Assembly (NCBI GenBank): GCA_013239625.1
Contig: MU053588.1
Location: 3,128,799 to 3,192,798 of the forward strand
DNA: 64,000 nucleotides
Direction of reading: 5' to 3'
Origin: Lama guanicoe
Taxonomy: Eukaryota
The first letter of the stretch is position 1. The number at the start of each line of letters is the position of its first letter. A model generated the notes under the pieces. That model saw nothing but the letters and a program-made list of their open reading frames with translations. It was not told the DNA's origin and searched no databases. Below are positions 24,961 through 37,655 of the stretch, piece after piece. Both the position numbers and the translations under genes were made by a program.

Positions 24961-26169
24961 TTAGAGATGACAGAACATTTTAATGCTGCCAGGGGAGGAA
25001 GGGAGGGAGAAACAAACATGCACAAGAAAGCACAGCTTCCTGAGGGGATGGGGAGATGGGGACCCTCAACTCAGAGGCCCTCAATCACCCAACAAGTGAC
25101 TTCTGGGTTAGGACCTGTGAAGGGCGAGGGAACCAGAGCCCAGAACTCTCCCTGAAGGTCCAGACCCACTGGCCCGAGTCACTGTTCTCCCTATCCAGCC
25201 CTTAGGACCCTTTGTTCCTCTCTACCAAATCAGTCATCACCACAACCGGTTCCTCTTCCCTGTCTCCATCTCAGGGATGGCTCCAACATCCCCAGTCCCC
25301 CAAGCCAGAGCTCTGGGTCTTGTCCTGGCACCATCTAATCTCAGAGCCCATCAAGTCCCAAATTCGCTTTTTCCCGCCTCCTGAATCTCTACCTTATCCC
25401 TTCGGCCTCTGGCCTAATCCAGGATCCAGGGTCCCTCCCCAAACCAACTTCTGCCACTGAATTCCAGTCTCATTCCTCCAGTTCTGCCTCCAGCACTAAC
25501 TTGGCCCTCCCCTGCTTTAAACGTTTCAATGGTTCCTCACTTGCCACCAGGCCACCAAGACAAAGCCCAAGCTCCCCAGCCTGACCTCTGCCCACCTCTT
25601 TGTCTTCTTCCAGCCTTACAGTTCCCCCACCACAATACGGACCTGACTGGCTTTCCACTTGGGCACCTACACACAGTTATACTCCTGCATGCCTCCTTGT
25701 CTTTGCTCATGTGGAAACAACAGCCTCTCCACATTCTCTTCACCTTTGCTTGGCATCCCCTGCTCCTGCAAGATCGAGCTCCAATGGCCCCTCCTCTGGA
25801 AACCTTTTCCTGACCCATTAAACCCAAAAAAGACTCTTGGACTCCCACGCCTCTGCACACCCATGCACATCAATATGTGGGTCTGTCCTCCCATCTGACC
25901 TGGGCTCCTTGAGGGCAGGGCCCAGGCCTGACTCATCTTCATCACCACCATCGCCCAGCACAAGGCTTGACACACTGGAAGCCTCAGGAAATGTTTAAGT
26001 AATGAGTGGCTGAGTATGAATGAAGAGTGTGAGTGGCTATATGAGGAAATCAGTAAGTAAGGGACTTAATCAGGGCAGGAAGGGCTGAATGCATGGGTGA
26101 GTGGGACAGGTAGGGGCAGAAGAGAATCAGGTTTAGGGTGGGAGGAAGGGAATGAACAGATGAATTTCT

Positions 26170-26720
26170 AAAATTGTGCATCCCGGTCTGTTTCTCACTC
26201 GCCCCGGCTAAGCTCCCCGCTCCGCCTCAAGCTTCACCAAGCCTCACCGTTTCCCGTCCGAGTTTTGTCCAGAATGCCAATACTGGACGTACTGTGAAGG
26301 GCTTACCCGGCCAGACTCCCAGAACCTGTCCCTTCAGGAGTCGCTCCAGTGTCTACGAAGCGGGCCCGGACACCAACCCGCAAGGGCCCGGCCTATTGGT
26401 AGACTGGCAGGACCGGCGTAGACTGGCGTCTTCTAGAGCCTATCGCTGTCCTCCTTGGGCTGGGGGACCCGCCTACGGAGGACGCGCCCTGCCCTGAGTG
26501 GCCCAGAGTTAGGAGGCGGGGTGTCTAGTGGCTGGAAGATAGTGACTGACGTTGCGGGTAGCTTATCACAGCTCGACTCCGGAGGAGCCCGTGTCAGACA
26601 CGCCTCTGAAAAGAGAAATGGAATGTAGCTGAGAGCACGGTCGACTGCAGAAGGACCACGAAAGAGGTTTCTTCTGATGGCTGGCGCGCAGCTGGGCTGT
26701 TCGAAGGCCTGATCCTGTCC
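26170..26720 (-). promoter_or_regulatory. Small CpG island; probable promoter and first exon of an antisense lncRNA (LIPE-AS1 position)
   Basis: CpG-rich; minus-strand donors CCGG|GTAAGC (26307/26306) and ACG|GTGAGG (near 26247); CCAAT box at 26393-26400; GC box near 26515; TGACGT near 26547. Confidence 0.5.
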
Positions 26721-27295
26721 TGAGGGAGGATGGGGTGTTGAGAGTATGGACTACTTGGTCCTAAGGAAGGAAGGACTGAGGAGCCTAGACTTCTGGGTCT
26801 GAAGGAGGAGGAGGCTGAGCGTCCAGATTCCTGGATCGTGAGGAAGAAGGGAGCTGGAACCTGAAGGGACGAGACTCCTGGATCCCAAGAGTCACTGGCC
26901 TGCCCAAGGATGACAGATTTGGGGTTCAGGATTTTATGTGGCTTTTTATGATGTTGGAGCCAGGCCTTGTCCCCAGGCAAGAGTTCTGGGGGCCTGAGCT
27001 TGGACTAAAGAAGAAGAGGCTTAGGGGAAGCTCTGGCCTCGATAATGCCCTTTCCTCACCCCTAAAAGGGAAGCCAGGGGCGGGTGCTGTGTGCAAAAGG
27101 AACCCAGAGCAGGAGGAGACTTGAGACCCACCTGGAAACAAAGAGAAAACATAGATATCAACTGAGAGATTAAGATACTGAAAACAATAATAATAATAGA
27201 GCTCTCTTGTGTGGCGTTTACTGTGACCCAGGTTCTGTGCTAAGCATTTTACAAAATCATCTTATGTGTTCCTCATAACAGCTCTAAGAGATCAG

Positions 27296-27308
27296 GTTGT
27301 TGTTGTTG

Positions 27309-27344
<36 letters not shown>
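27296..27344. repeat. Compound (TTG)n(TTA)n microsatellite inside a MIR-like SINE (about 27200-27385)
   Basis: gttgttgttgttgttgtt attattatt...; flanks carry the MIR core cccattttacaagtgagaaaattgaggcacag. Confidence 0.85.
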
Positions 27345-27347
<3 letters not shown>

Positions 27348-28929
27348 CCATTTTACAAGTGAGAAAATTGAGGCACAGTGAGGAAGAATCAAGATACAGA
27401 TGTAAAAAGACAGGAGAAACACAAAACACAGATGGGAATAAACAGATAAAGACAGACCCAGAGAGAAGAAGAAAAGATAGACAATGAAAAAAGAAGAGGG
27501 GCTGAGAGCTGGGACTCCTAGTGGGTGGGGGTGGGGAGTTGGGGCCTGGGACTCCTGGGTCCTGGGGGAGGAAGGACAAGGAATGAGGATTCCCACGTAT
27601 CTCCTCCTCGACTCCAACATACCAGGCTTGTTCAGCCCTTCTCACTGTGGGCGCTGGGCCTGGTTGGAGTCAAAAATAGTGATTAGGAGGGCACAGGTGT
27701 GTCATTATCCTCTTAGGAGATAAGAAAATGATTCATAGGGGTACCCCTTGCCTGGTAGGACCTTTTCCCCCAGGGCCTCTGTTCTTTGATCTGGACAGAT
27801 CGGGCCTCAGGGAGGAGAAGAGAGGGGCAGGGCTCTCTCTGGCCCTCCCCATTGCTGCATCCCCATCACTCAAAACTGTCCCTGAGGCCCACTGTGGACA
27901 CAGGTGGGCCACCCTGGGACAGCAAGAGCTTTCCTGGTGGGTCTTCAACTCTCTGGTTCTCTCTACTTTCCCCCAGACCTCGAGCCAGTGCCTGCCAGAG
28001 GTCCTGGCACATTGCAGGGGTCAGCAAACGCTATGGAATGGATGGACAAACATCCACATCTCTCTGTGCAGCTCTTTCTCTGTCCCCATCCCCCCATCTC
28101 TCTCTGTGTCTCCATTATGTTCTTCCTCATTTTCTCCCAGGTCTCACCTGTCTCCTCCCACCTTCCCTTTCATGTTGGTGTTTCTCCTGAAGCCACTGGG
28201 CTCGCCATCCCCATTAGGGAGAAACTGCCACTCATTTTAGAATGAGCATGTCCTGTATGGCATGTAAAAGAGTGGCTGAGAGAAGAGTTCTCAAGTCCCC
28301 AAATACAGGCATACTCCTGGCACCTCAGAGTCAGAAATGCAAGATCACAGCAAACGTGTCCTCACAACACCTGCTTGGTGTGCTCTTGCATTTATACTCC
28401 ATTTATACTCATACACGCAGAGAATCACACACATGGCACATGCAACCACCTACAAACACACACATAGGCACACAATCGTAGAATCACCCCCATTGGCAAC
28501 ACACAAATATCCTATTCCACATGCAAAATAGACAACCCAGTTATGCAGTTATATGCTCAGCCCCAAACAGGCCATTCAGCCAATCCCTACTGGGACCATA
28601 AGCAAAGACCTGGCTTCTTTCACTAGTGTGTCCCCAGCAGCTAGAACATCATTATCATCATCCCCATAAACACAAAGTGTTTCCTGTGGGCCAGGCACAA
28701 TTCTTGGCTTGAATTAACTCATTTAATCGTCTCAGAAACAATCCATTTTGTAGACGGAAAGATTGAGGTCCAAGAAGTTTTAGTGATTTGCCCAAGGTTT
28801 CACAGCCATTAAGAGGTCATTAAGATTTGAAGTAAGGTTTCCTGGCTCTGGAGTCCATCATACAAAGCTACCACCAAAAAAAAAAAGAAAGAAAGAAAGA
28901 AAGAAAAAAGGAAAAAAGAAGAAATTCCT

Positions 28930-29042
28930 GGGGTGGGGAAGGTATAGCTCAGTGGTAGAGTACATGCTTAGCGTGCAGGAGATCCTGGGTTCAATCCCCA
29001 GTATCTCCATTAAATAAATAAATAGACCTAATTGCCCCCCCA
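28930..29042 (+). mobile_element. tRNA-derived SINE, camelid Vic-1-like
   Basis: A box TAGCTCAGTGG, B box GGTTCAATCCC, (TAAA)n tail; target-site duplication (TSD) AAATTCCT at 28922-28929 and 29043-29050. Confidence 0.85.
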
Positions 29043-29663
29043 AAATTCCTACCTTAATCTAGTCAAAATTACAGAATCCTGACAACTGAGACCACACCCA
29101 AACACAGGCGCACAGTAGGGAGAATCACAGGAGGTCAATTCAGACACGCAATAAAAAGACCCCCTCACACGTCACACCCTAGAACACAGGAGCACACAAG
29201 GAGAGATACATCATGACAATCCCCACACAGATGCACAGCACCTAAAGATGCACACCCCACTCACAGAGATACAACACACCCAAACCCAGACAGGGTGACA
29301 CACCCAGAGCTCCCTGAGTCCCTCCTGTTGCGCTCCCAGCCACCCCACTGAGCTGGCCCTGGAGGAAGGAGCAGGCTTAGGATGGGAAGAGGGCCACCTC
29401 ACTTGCGCGCTCAGCCAGACCGGTTCTGCCAGGGCCATGGATGGCACCACCCGCCTTGTGAAACCCACGTTGGGCAACTGGACCCTGACCTAGCCTGGAC
29501 ACAGAATTCTGGGGAGAAAAGGGACGAGAGCCTGGATTCCTGTGCCTCTTTCATGGATTTTAGGGGAGGCGGGGAGGGGGATAGGGACCTAGACTCTGAG
29601 GAAGGATTTCTGGGTTCTAGGAAAAGAAAGGCCCAGGGTCTTGGATTCCCCTGTCTTTGAAGG

Positions 29664-29846
29664 TAAGTTTCCATATTTAGCAAATAAAAATACAGGACAC
29701 CAAGTTAAATTGGAATTTCAGATAAACAACAAATACTTTTTAAAGTATGCTCTATCCAATATTTGGGACGTATACTAAAAAAGTATTTGTTGTTTATCTG
29801 CAATTCCAATTTAACTGGACATCCTGGATTTTATCTGGCAACCACA
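29664..29846. mobile_element. MER53-like palindromic hAT MITE
   Basis: Long inverted arms (agttaaattggaatttcagataaacaacaaatactt / aagtatttgttgtttatctgcaattccaatttaact); end ATCTGGCAACC; 8-bp TSD TTTGAAGG/TTTGAGGG. Confidence 0.8.
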
Positions 29847-30744
29847 TTTGAGGGAAATGGAGGCCTTGAGACTCTGCCATGGTCTCTCCTCAGTGCCTAG
29901 GCCTCTCCCCTTCCTGCCCACTGCCCTCCTCTTCACCCCCAAGCATGCCACCTCACAGCTTCCTCAGTCCCGATTTCTTCACCTACATGAGTTGCTGTAT
30001 CTCTCTAATTGGAGCCCCCAGGCTGTATCAGAGTTGGGAGAGGAAATCTGAGGACAACTCAGGTTGTCATCTTGGGGGAAGCCCTAGAGTCGGACCCTGA
30101 GTCACCTGCAGCCCATGGTCTGGACAGCTGGGGGATGGGGCCCTGTGGCTGCCTCCATGGGGAAGGCCTTGAGATGGGGAGAGGTGCTGGGGCACTGAGA
30201 CCGAGCTCAGGAGGAGAGACTCAGAGATGAGGAGACAGAGAACCAGAGAAATTTGGAAATAGGTTTGCAGAGATGAGGAAAGAAAGAGAGGAGAGATTTA
30301 GAGCCAGAGAGACAAAGATGCAGAGAAGGTAGGGGGACAGGGACACTAGAACAGAAGTCAGAAGATGTTTCCCAGACATTCAGGCCCCCAGACCAAGTGA
30401 TGGATACACATAGGCAAGACGCTGAGTGCTGCCCTTAGGTCTGGGGACAAGGACAGCAAGCCATCTGGGTGGTACCAGAAGTCCAAGGCTTGGGTCCTGG
30501 TGTGTTGGACCAAAGGGTTGGGGGAAAGCTGGAATTCCAGGCCAGCAGGGTGATCCACTTCATCACCCCATACCCATACACAGTGGGGTGACAACACAAC
30601 CTTTCTACAGGTGACACCCCAATATTCTGGTGCCTCCTACATTTTTGGGGTGACACCCATGCTGGGAACCCCACCCGGCTCTAATTCTGTTTCCCTCACT
30701 GAGTCACCTCCAACCCTGCCAGGCCTGTTGAGGGGAGACTTTGG

Positions 30745-31000
30745 TGACTCAGGCATCCAGGCCCCCAGCTCTTTCATATCCCAGGAACCCAGCTGTGTGG
30801 GTATCCCAGGACCCCTACCCTACTCAGGGATGCAGCCTAGCTTAACCCTAAGAGTCTTGACCACCAGCCCCCTCCTCCCTCAGACCTAGGAGTCCTGGCC
30901 CCCAGTCCTCTGCTCTGTGAGGACCCAAGCATCCTAGGCCACAGCCACCTCCTTCAGGAATAGGTTTTTCAGTCAGTCCCCAGCCTCCTCCCTTCTCAAT
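30745..31000. repeat. MSR1-like ~37-bp minisatellite array (degenerate)
   Basis: Best unit 30869-30905 CCCCTCCTCCCTCAGACCTAGGAGTCCTGGCCCCCAG, flanked by diverged units. Confidence 0.7.
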
Positions 31001-31355
31001 TCAGAGTTGGGTGAGGTGTATTTGTTTACTTTGGTTCCAGCATGAGTCACCCCCAAGACACACTGCCTGCCATGTGCCTGGTGGCCCTCAATGGGAGGAC
31101 AGTGCCCCCTCTCCCAGGGAAGTGGGGACCTCACTAAGGATGGTGGGAGAGGGCCCCACTCTGCACTCTCTTGCACAACCAGCCTTTCTGATCTTCCCCC
31201 TTTCCCTTCCTTCTAAGCCACTGCCTGGCTGGTGGTCCAGCCTCTGACCCCCTGCCCCTCCACCTTTCCAACTATGTGTCTTTTCTCTGAATCTCTCTCT
31301 CCCTTTTCTTGTTTTTTCTCCCCAGATCTTTGTGCCTCTCTGTCTCAGCATCTCT

Positions 31356-31486
31356 TTTTAGGGGGCGGAGGTAATTAGGTTTATTTATTTATTATTGTTA
31401 TTTTTTATTTAACTGACTTACTAGGGATACAACCCATGACCTGGTGCATGCTAGGCATCCACTCTACCACTGAGCTATACCCTCCC
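31356..31486 (-). mobile_element. tRNA-derived SINE, camelid Vic-1-like
   Basis: Reverse complement of the 28930 element (ctaccactgagctataccctccc); TSD TGTCTCAGCATCTCT / TATCTCGGCATCTCT. Confidence 0.85.
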
Positions 31487-31911
31487 ATATCTCGGCATCT
31501 CTCTCTCTGTCTTCCCATTTTTCTCCATCTCTCTAAATCTCTTTGTCTCTCTCTCCTCTATGGGTCTCTCCTTCTGTCTCTGTGTCCCCCCTTTCTCCCA
31601 TCCCTCAGTCTCTCCCTCTCTTTGGTCTCTGTACTTTGATCCAGCTGTGCCCCTTGTACCTCCTCTCTGCCTTCTCTGCCCATCTCTGTCTCTGCCTACT
31701 CCCCTTTCTACTCCATTCCCAGCGCCTTATTCCTGGACCCCCTCCCCCATGATTTCCTTGGTCTTTTGAGGCCAGGCAGGAAGGGGAAGCTAGGGATGGG
31801 GGATGGAGACGGAGGGAGGGGAAGTCTCAGTGCAGGGAAGAGGGTCAGCTAGACCGGCTTGGCTCCCTGGACACCTCTGTCACAGCCCCGCCCAGGGCTG
31901 CATGGCCTGCC

Positions 31912-32002
31912 CCAATATAAGCAACTCCTGTCCCTAGACTGAGAACTCAGTGCCTGTTGTCACCACACTTCTGTCTCCATCATCACCACTGCAGAGCTGC
32001 AG
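31912..32002 (+). promoter_or_regulatory. CNFN: Probable CNFN TATA promoter and non-coding exon 1
   Basis: TATAAG 31916-31921 followed by a short exon ending CTGCAG|gtagga at 32002. Confidence 0.55.
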
Positions 32003-33129
32003 GTAGGAGCATCTACCCTCAGCCCTCTGCTAAGAGGCTGTGGCCTCTGCTCTGTTCTCTTCCCACCCAACTCCACTCACATCTCTCTGTCTCCTTACAT
32101 CTCTGACTGTTTCTCTCTCTGGACATCCCTGTCTTTCTCAGTATGCCCTGTGACCTCCTCCCTTCTCAACATGATTGCACTGGGTTTAATTTGGAAGTCC
32201 TGGGTCCCAGTACCCCCTCTACTGACCCTTTTGGCTGGGCCATCAGATATGGAGCATTTCTCTTGCAAAAAATCAAAGTACTGGGCAGGTGTGAGTGTTA
32301 CTGGCAGCATCTCTGTGGGCACCTGGCTCTAATCTCTTTCTCTCTCTGTTTCTGACTCTGCCTGTCTTTTGGTCTCTCTCTCCAGCTCTGCCTCTGGTAT
32401 GAGGAGGTTCCTCTGGGGTCTGTCGGGCAGCTGCACAGAGATGGGCGAGTTTCTCGCCCCCCACCCCATACATCCCTATCCCGTATCTCTCCTAGCTGGG
32501 AAGCTGACTTGACCTCTTTCTCCCCAGCTTCCTTACCCCCTGAGAACCCAGCCCCTAGTGCCCCTGCCCCTTGCCCTGCCCTCCCTCAGTATCCAGCATC
32601 CTTTGGCTCTGAAGCTGTCACCACCGCCACCTCTGCCGTCCCCAACGCCATCTCCTCAGGGCCAGCAAGATGCAGTTTGAGATGCACGACAACGTGAAAG
32701 GCAAAGGTGGGATCACTGGATGGACCAGCAAACCTTCCACTCCCTGGAACACGGCCGCTTCCCTCCCTTGGGCGCCCTGGCTTCGGAGACAGACAGCACC
32801 TGCTTGCACCCCAGAGGCTCCCAACACCCCAGGCCCAGACGTGGAGGAGGAGGCGGCACGTCTCGGCCCCGCCCACTCGTGGCTCCCACCTTTCCCCAGA
32901 TATGCAGGATCCCTCCCCCATCCCCAGCCCAACCAGATGTGCAGGAGGCAGCAACAACGGGGACAGACTGGGGTGTTGATGCCCAAATGTGGCAGAAGGG
33001 AAGAGGGAGGCGTAGTGGTGTTCCCTCAGTGGGCGGCCTGGTGGCCTCGCCCGGACTGCCCGGCAGAGGGAGGGGCAGCAGAGGTGCTGCGAGGCTGCCC
33101 GCTGACCCCTGTCCCCTACCTCCGCAGCC

Positions 33130-34018
33130 ATGTCCTATCCAGTGACCAGTCAGCCCCAGTGTGCCAGCAGCTGCTACCAGACCCAGCCCAGTGACTGGCA
33201 CACCGGTCTCACGGACTGCTGCAACGACATGCCCGTCTGTGAGTAGCCGGCTGCTCCCTCTCCAGGCCCGGGGAAGAGCGGGATGGGAGAGAAGGTCACC
33301 CCAACCTCCTCCTGGCCCTACTAGCCCCACTCCCCGCCGCCTTCCTTGGGCCCTGCATTCCCACCCTCTAACCCTCATGCCTTCCGCGGACGCCCGACAC
33401 TCCCTAGGATCCTGGCCTCACACCTTCCAGCTTCTACTCGGACCTTCGACGTCCGCCTTGCGGTTCCCCCCTCAACTGTCTTGCTTGCGGCCAACTCCCC
33501 CCTCAAACCCTATTTCCTAGCCTCGAAACGCCCCCTCCTCGGACCCCTAATTCCCTCTGGGGCCCTCACTTCCTTCAACACTCAATTCCCTCTGGGACCC
33601 TCGACCGCGCCGCCGACCCCGCCTCGCCCCTTCCCCCGGCGGAGAGGGCTGGAGGCGCCCGTGGGCCCCGCCCTCACCGCCGTGCGCCCGCCCCAGGTCT
33701 GTGCGGCACTTTCGCCCCTCTGTGCCTCGCCTGCCGCATCTCCGACGACTTCGGCGAGTGCTGCTGCACGCCCTACCTGCCCGGAGGCCTGCACTCCCTG
33801 CGCACCGGCATGCGCGAGCGCTACCGCATTCAGGTGCGCGCGGAGCCCGGGACCAGCCCGAGCGGAGGGCTGGGGATTGGCCTCCTTTGACCCAAGGTAG
33901 GGCTGCTAACCTCTCTCTTCCACTCTAGGGCTCTGTCGGACAAGACTGGGCGGCCCTCACTTTTTGTTTGCCCTGCGCCCTCTGTCAGATGGCGCGGGAA
34001 CTGAAGATCCGAGGGTAA
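33130..34018 (+). CDS. CNFN: Cornifelin (PLAC8 family), 111 aa; exons 33130-33238, 33697-33833, 33929-34018
   Basis: [11 protein letters not shown]...[28 protein letters not shown]...[18 protein letters not shown] introns in phase. Confidence 0.97.
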
Positions 34019-34130
34019 AGAAGTTCCCTCTCTCCCCTCTCCTTTCCCACCGGACATTCCTGCCCTCCCCACCCCCCATCCTGGGAGGTCCTGACCCTCC
34101 GCCCTGTCCCACCACCGGAAATGGACCCAC

Positions 34131-34136
34131 AATAAA
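34131..34136 (+). terminator. CNFN: CNFN polyadenylation signal AATAAA
   Basis: Canonical hexamer about 112 nt after TAA. Confidence 0.85.
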
Positions 34137-34959
34137 AACCTGAAAACCAACTGCGCCTACATCCTTTTTGTCCCAGGGAAGGAATCTGGGTGGAGAAGGA
34201 GGTTTGGTGAGGGAGGTGGGGGCACAGGGAAGATGCCTAGGTGTGGAAGGAGTTCCAGAGTTGAGTCAGATGCTTGACCCCGATCTGCTGTGTATGACGT
34301 TGGCAAGTCTCTTCTCTCTCTAAACCAGGGATTCCTCACTAACAAAGTAAAACCACTAACCCCTTAGCTGCCTACCTGAAGCTCTGCCCAGATCCTGAAA
34401 ATAAGCAAAACCAGAAAGGCTGTCTGGGTACAGTCCTGTCACTAACTGTTCAAAGAAAAAATTTAGGAGAGCCCACCTGCTCGTTCAATACCTACAGACT
34501 CTTGGCCTATACACAGTTCTATCAGATTTAGGGGCTCTTTGTCTTCAAAACACAGAACTATCAGGTTTAAAACACTCTAGAGCTGAAAGGAACGCTCAAG
34601 GATTATTCAATTCAATCCACTCTCTTTATTGCAAAAGCAACTAGCAGATTAGAAAATGTTTTGAGTCTCAAAATTGGATAGACCTGGGATTCAGCCTTGA
34701 CTCTTGCCACTTACTAGCTGTGACATCTTAGTAAATTAATAAACTTTTCTGAGCCTATTTCCTCCTCTGGGGATAATCCCTAATATGTCATATGGCTACT
34801 GTGAGATCAAGAGATGAAACAGATGGAGAGTCTGGAGTGAACTTCACAAACTGTTGCTGTTAATACTATTATATTACATATAATAATTTATAACTATTCT
34901 AATCTTACTATATTATATTAATTGCTGTTCTCTGTATGTTTTCAACCATCAAGTGACAG

Positions 34960-35780
34960 CTTCACTTAAAATATCTAAAAAGCATTGCAAATTTAACATG
35001 TCTAAAACCTAACTCCTGACTTCTCCCCCAAATCTGCTCTTCCCCCAGTCTTCCTCATCTTGGGAAATAGCAAACCCCATCCTTCCTGTTGCCTAGTTAA
35101 TTTCTCTCCCACCAAATGTCCAAACTGTCCACAAATTCTGTTGGTTCTACTTTCAGAATATATCTAGAATTTCCCTTCTCCCCACTCTGCAGCCCCCACC
35201 TTGCTCCAGCCACCCTCCTCTTCAGCCTAAACAAAGGCAGTGGCTCCACACTGGGCTCCCTGTCCTATCCTTACCCTTTTAGTCTCTTCCCCATGGAGGA
35301 GCCCTGTGGACACCTGACATAGGTCACATCCCTCCTGTGCTCAGAACCCTCTCATGCCTCCTCCTGCAAAGAGTAAATGCCAGAGTCCTCACGGTGCTTC
35401 ATGGACCTGCACAGTCTGCCTTATTCCCTCTGTGACCTTGTCTCCTCTTTTATTCTCTCTACTCCACATGAGTCTCTCTGCTGTTTCTCTGAAATTCTAG
35501 GCACACTCACACCTCAGGATCTTTGCACTGGCTGTTCCCTCAACTTGGAATTCTCTTTCCTCAAATGTCCCTGTAACTCGTTCCTTTACTTCTGCTCCCC
35601 TGTCATCTTATGAGAGCAGCCCTCCCTTCCACCTTACATTAAATAGCAAGTACCAACCCTCCCACCCCTCTCCTTCACTGCCTTATTTTTCTAGTCATTT
35701 TCCAACATACCACATATTTATTATCCAGCTCCCCACTGGCTTGTCAGCTCCATGAGAGCTGAGACCTCGTTCACAGACCT
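34960..35780. mobile_element. LINE-2 fragment (similar L2 pieces near 9000-9640, 16100-16520, 38430-39130, 41020-41420, 55850-56560)
   Basis: L2 hallmark phrases (aacatgtctaaaacctaactcctga, cctcaggatctttgcactggctgttccc, cagctccatgagagc); boundaries approximate. Confidence 0.6.
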
Positions 35781-37655
35781 TGTCCAAAAAGTTTGGGGCC
35801 CAATGTAGGTGGAAACCATGTGTGACCACAGGTGAGAAACACTGGCTTAGAAATGGGAAGTGATTTTAGAGGTAATATGTGGAGGGCAATGGAGAGTCAG
35901 ACAGGTTTGTGTCAGAATCTGGACTCACCTGCTGATCTGCCCTGAGCTCTTAGGCAAGGGACCTGCGCATCTGCAAAATGGGGGAACAAGCCCATACCCT
36001 CCAGCAGTGATGTTGGGAAGATTAAAAGACCCATGCCAAGCACCCAGCACAGTGCTGTGCTGTAGACCCTTGATAAAATTTCTCCCCTTTTTCTAAGTCC
36101 CTCAGACATTGGTAGCCACACATGGGCAGAATCCAAGTCTTTAGCATCCCATGTCCAGGCTTTTTCTCACTTTACCACAAGCCTCTTATGTTCAGGTATG
36201 TGGATACCAGGGAGAGGTGCCAGCTGAGGGACTGACAATGGAGGAAGGAGGAACACATGCTGGGGGGGGCATTTGTACAGGGCCATCTGTGCAGCAGTGG
36301 CAGGAGTTGGAGGGAGAGTGGCTTTGTGTCCCAGAGAAAAAGTCCAGAGTGCAAATGCTCTGCTTAAGAGGGCCAAGTCACAGGGTGACTGCTAGGAAGA
36401 AACCTGACCGAAGGGTCCAAGCACAACACGGAGGAGTCTTAAAGAACCACCTTGGTTCCTTCCTGCTTATGCAGGATGACCCCATTGGCCTCGGGACTCC
36501 CTAAGGCAGCATGTCCCACTGCCAGTTAGCTCCCCAGGTGGGAAATTCTGCCTTATCCTGAGCAGAAGCTGGCCATTTTGAACAGCTCTCAGCTAGGTCA
36601 ACCTATGCTAAGTAAAGCAGTTCTTCCTTGGGAGGTAGAACAGCCTGGTGGTCAGACACGTGGATGTGAGAGTCAGAAAGTCAACTGTCACTCAACAGCT
36701 AAATACTGTCTATGAACTTCTGATTTCTCGTCTGCAAGATGGGGATTGCACAGTACCTACCTCACGCAGTTGATTGTTGGAAAGATCAGCAGCAACATGC
36801 CAAGTGAGCCACCTAGCGCTGATACTCGGTAATACAAGTCCACAGGCACGTCTTGGGAGGTTAGGCACCACTATCAGCTCATAAAGGCAAAACATGTGTG
36901 GACAGAGTAATTCCTGAAAATTCCTTAAATTGCCCATAATGTCTGAAAGTATCACAATATTCACGGCCCACACTGGAGACCCATAGGCGCCCTAAATCCA
37001 ACGCATCGCCACGTCCTGGCCAAATATCAGATGAAGCAGCCAGCCTGTGCCAAGAGGCTGCGTTGTGCAAAAAGTACATTATTGAACACTCCCAGCAAGA
37101 CTCCCACACTGAACAAGGTCGACTGAAGGGACAGAGATCTCCCGCCCCGACCTTCCCTGGCAGCAGGGCTCTTGCTTGCCCAGGGGGGCTGGCAGATCAA
37201 GGCTCCCATGATGCTCTTGGCTTAGGCTGGGAAAGCCTCCCTGAATTAGAGGAAGCTCACAATGCTAGGGCCTCATTTCAGTCTTTGTGCTGCCTGAACC
37301 CTTCTCTTACATCAGGGTCCAGAATAAAACCCAAACCTGCAACCAAGGCAGTCTGTTCTCCTTCCTGAGACAAGCAGGGTTCTCCTCGTAACAGATCTGG
37401 GCAAGGGTCAAAGGCTTCACTGCCCTTAGGTCACCTCAGTTCATCCCTTCTGGAAGACAAGAGCTTCTGCAGTGGCACCACCCCCACCCTACTAGGAGAG
37501 ACAGTGAAGAGCCAGGCCCAGGCCACATGGTTTGGAAGGGGCACCAAGATAAGGACATTTACCCCATTTAACCAGCACTTGGGTGCTGAGTCAGAGAGCT
37601 GACAGCCCGTCCACTGCATGCAGATGGCGCTTGGACACTGGGTTGTCCCATACTC

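Noticed and set aside
28935..29010. tRNA gene-like sequences (also near 31410-31486 and 57475-57545)
   Set aside because: They have A-rich tails and TSDs and lack a proper acceptor stem; they are SINE heads, not tRNA genes
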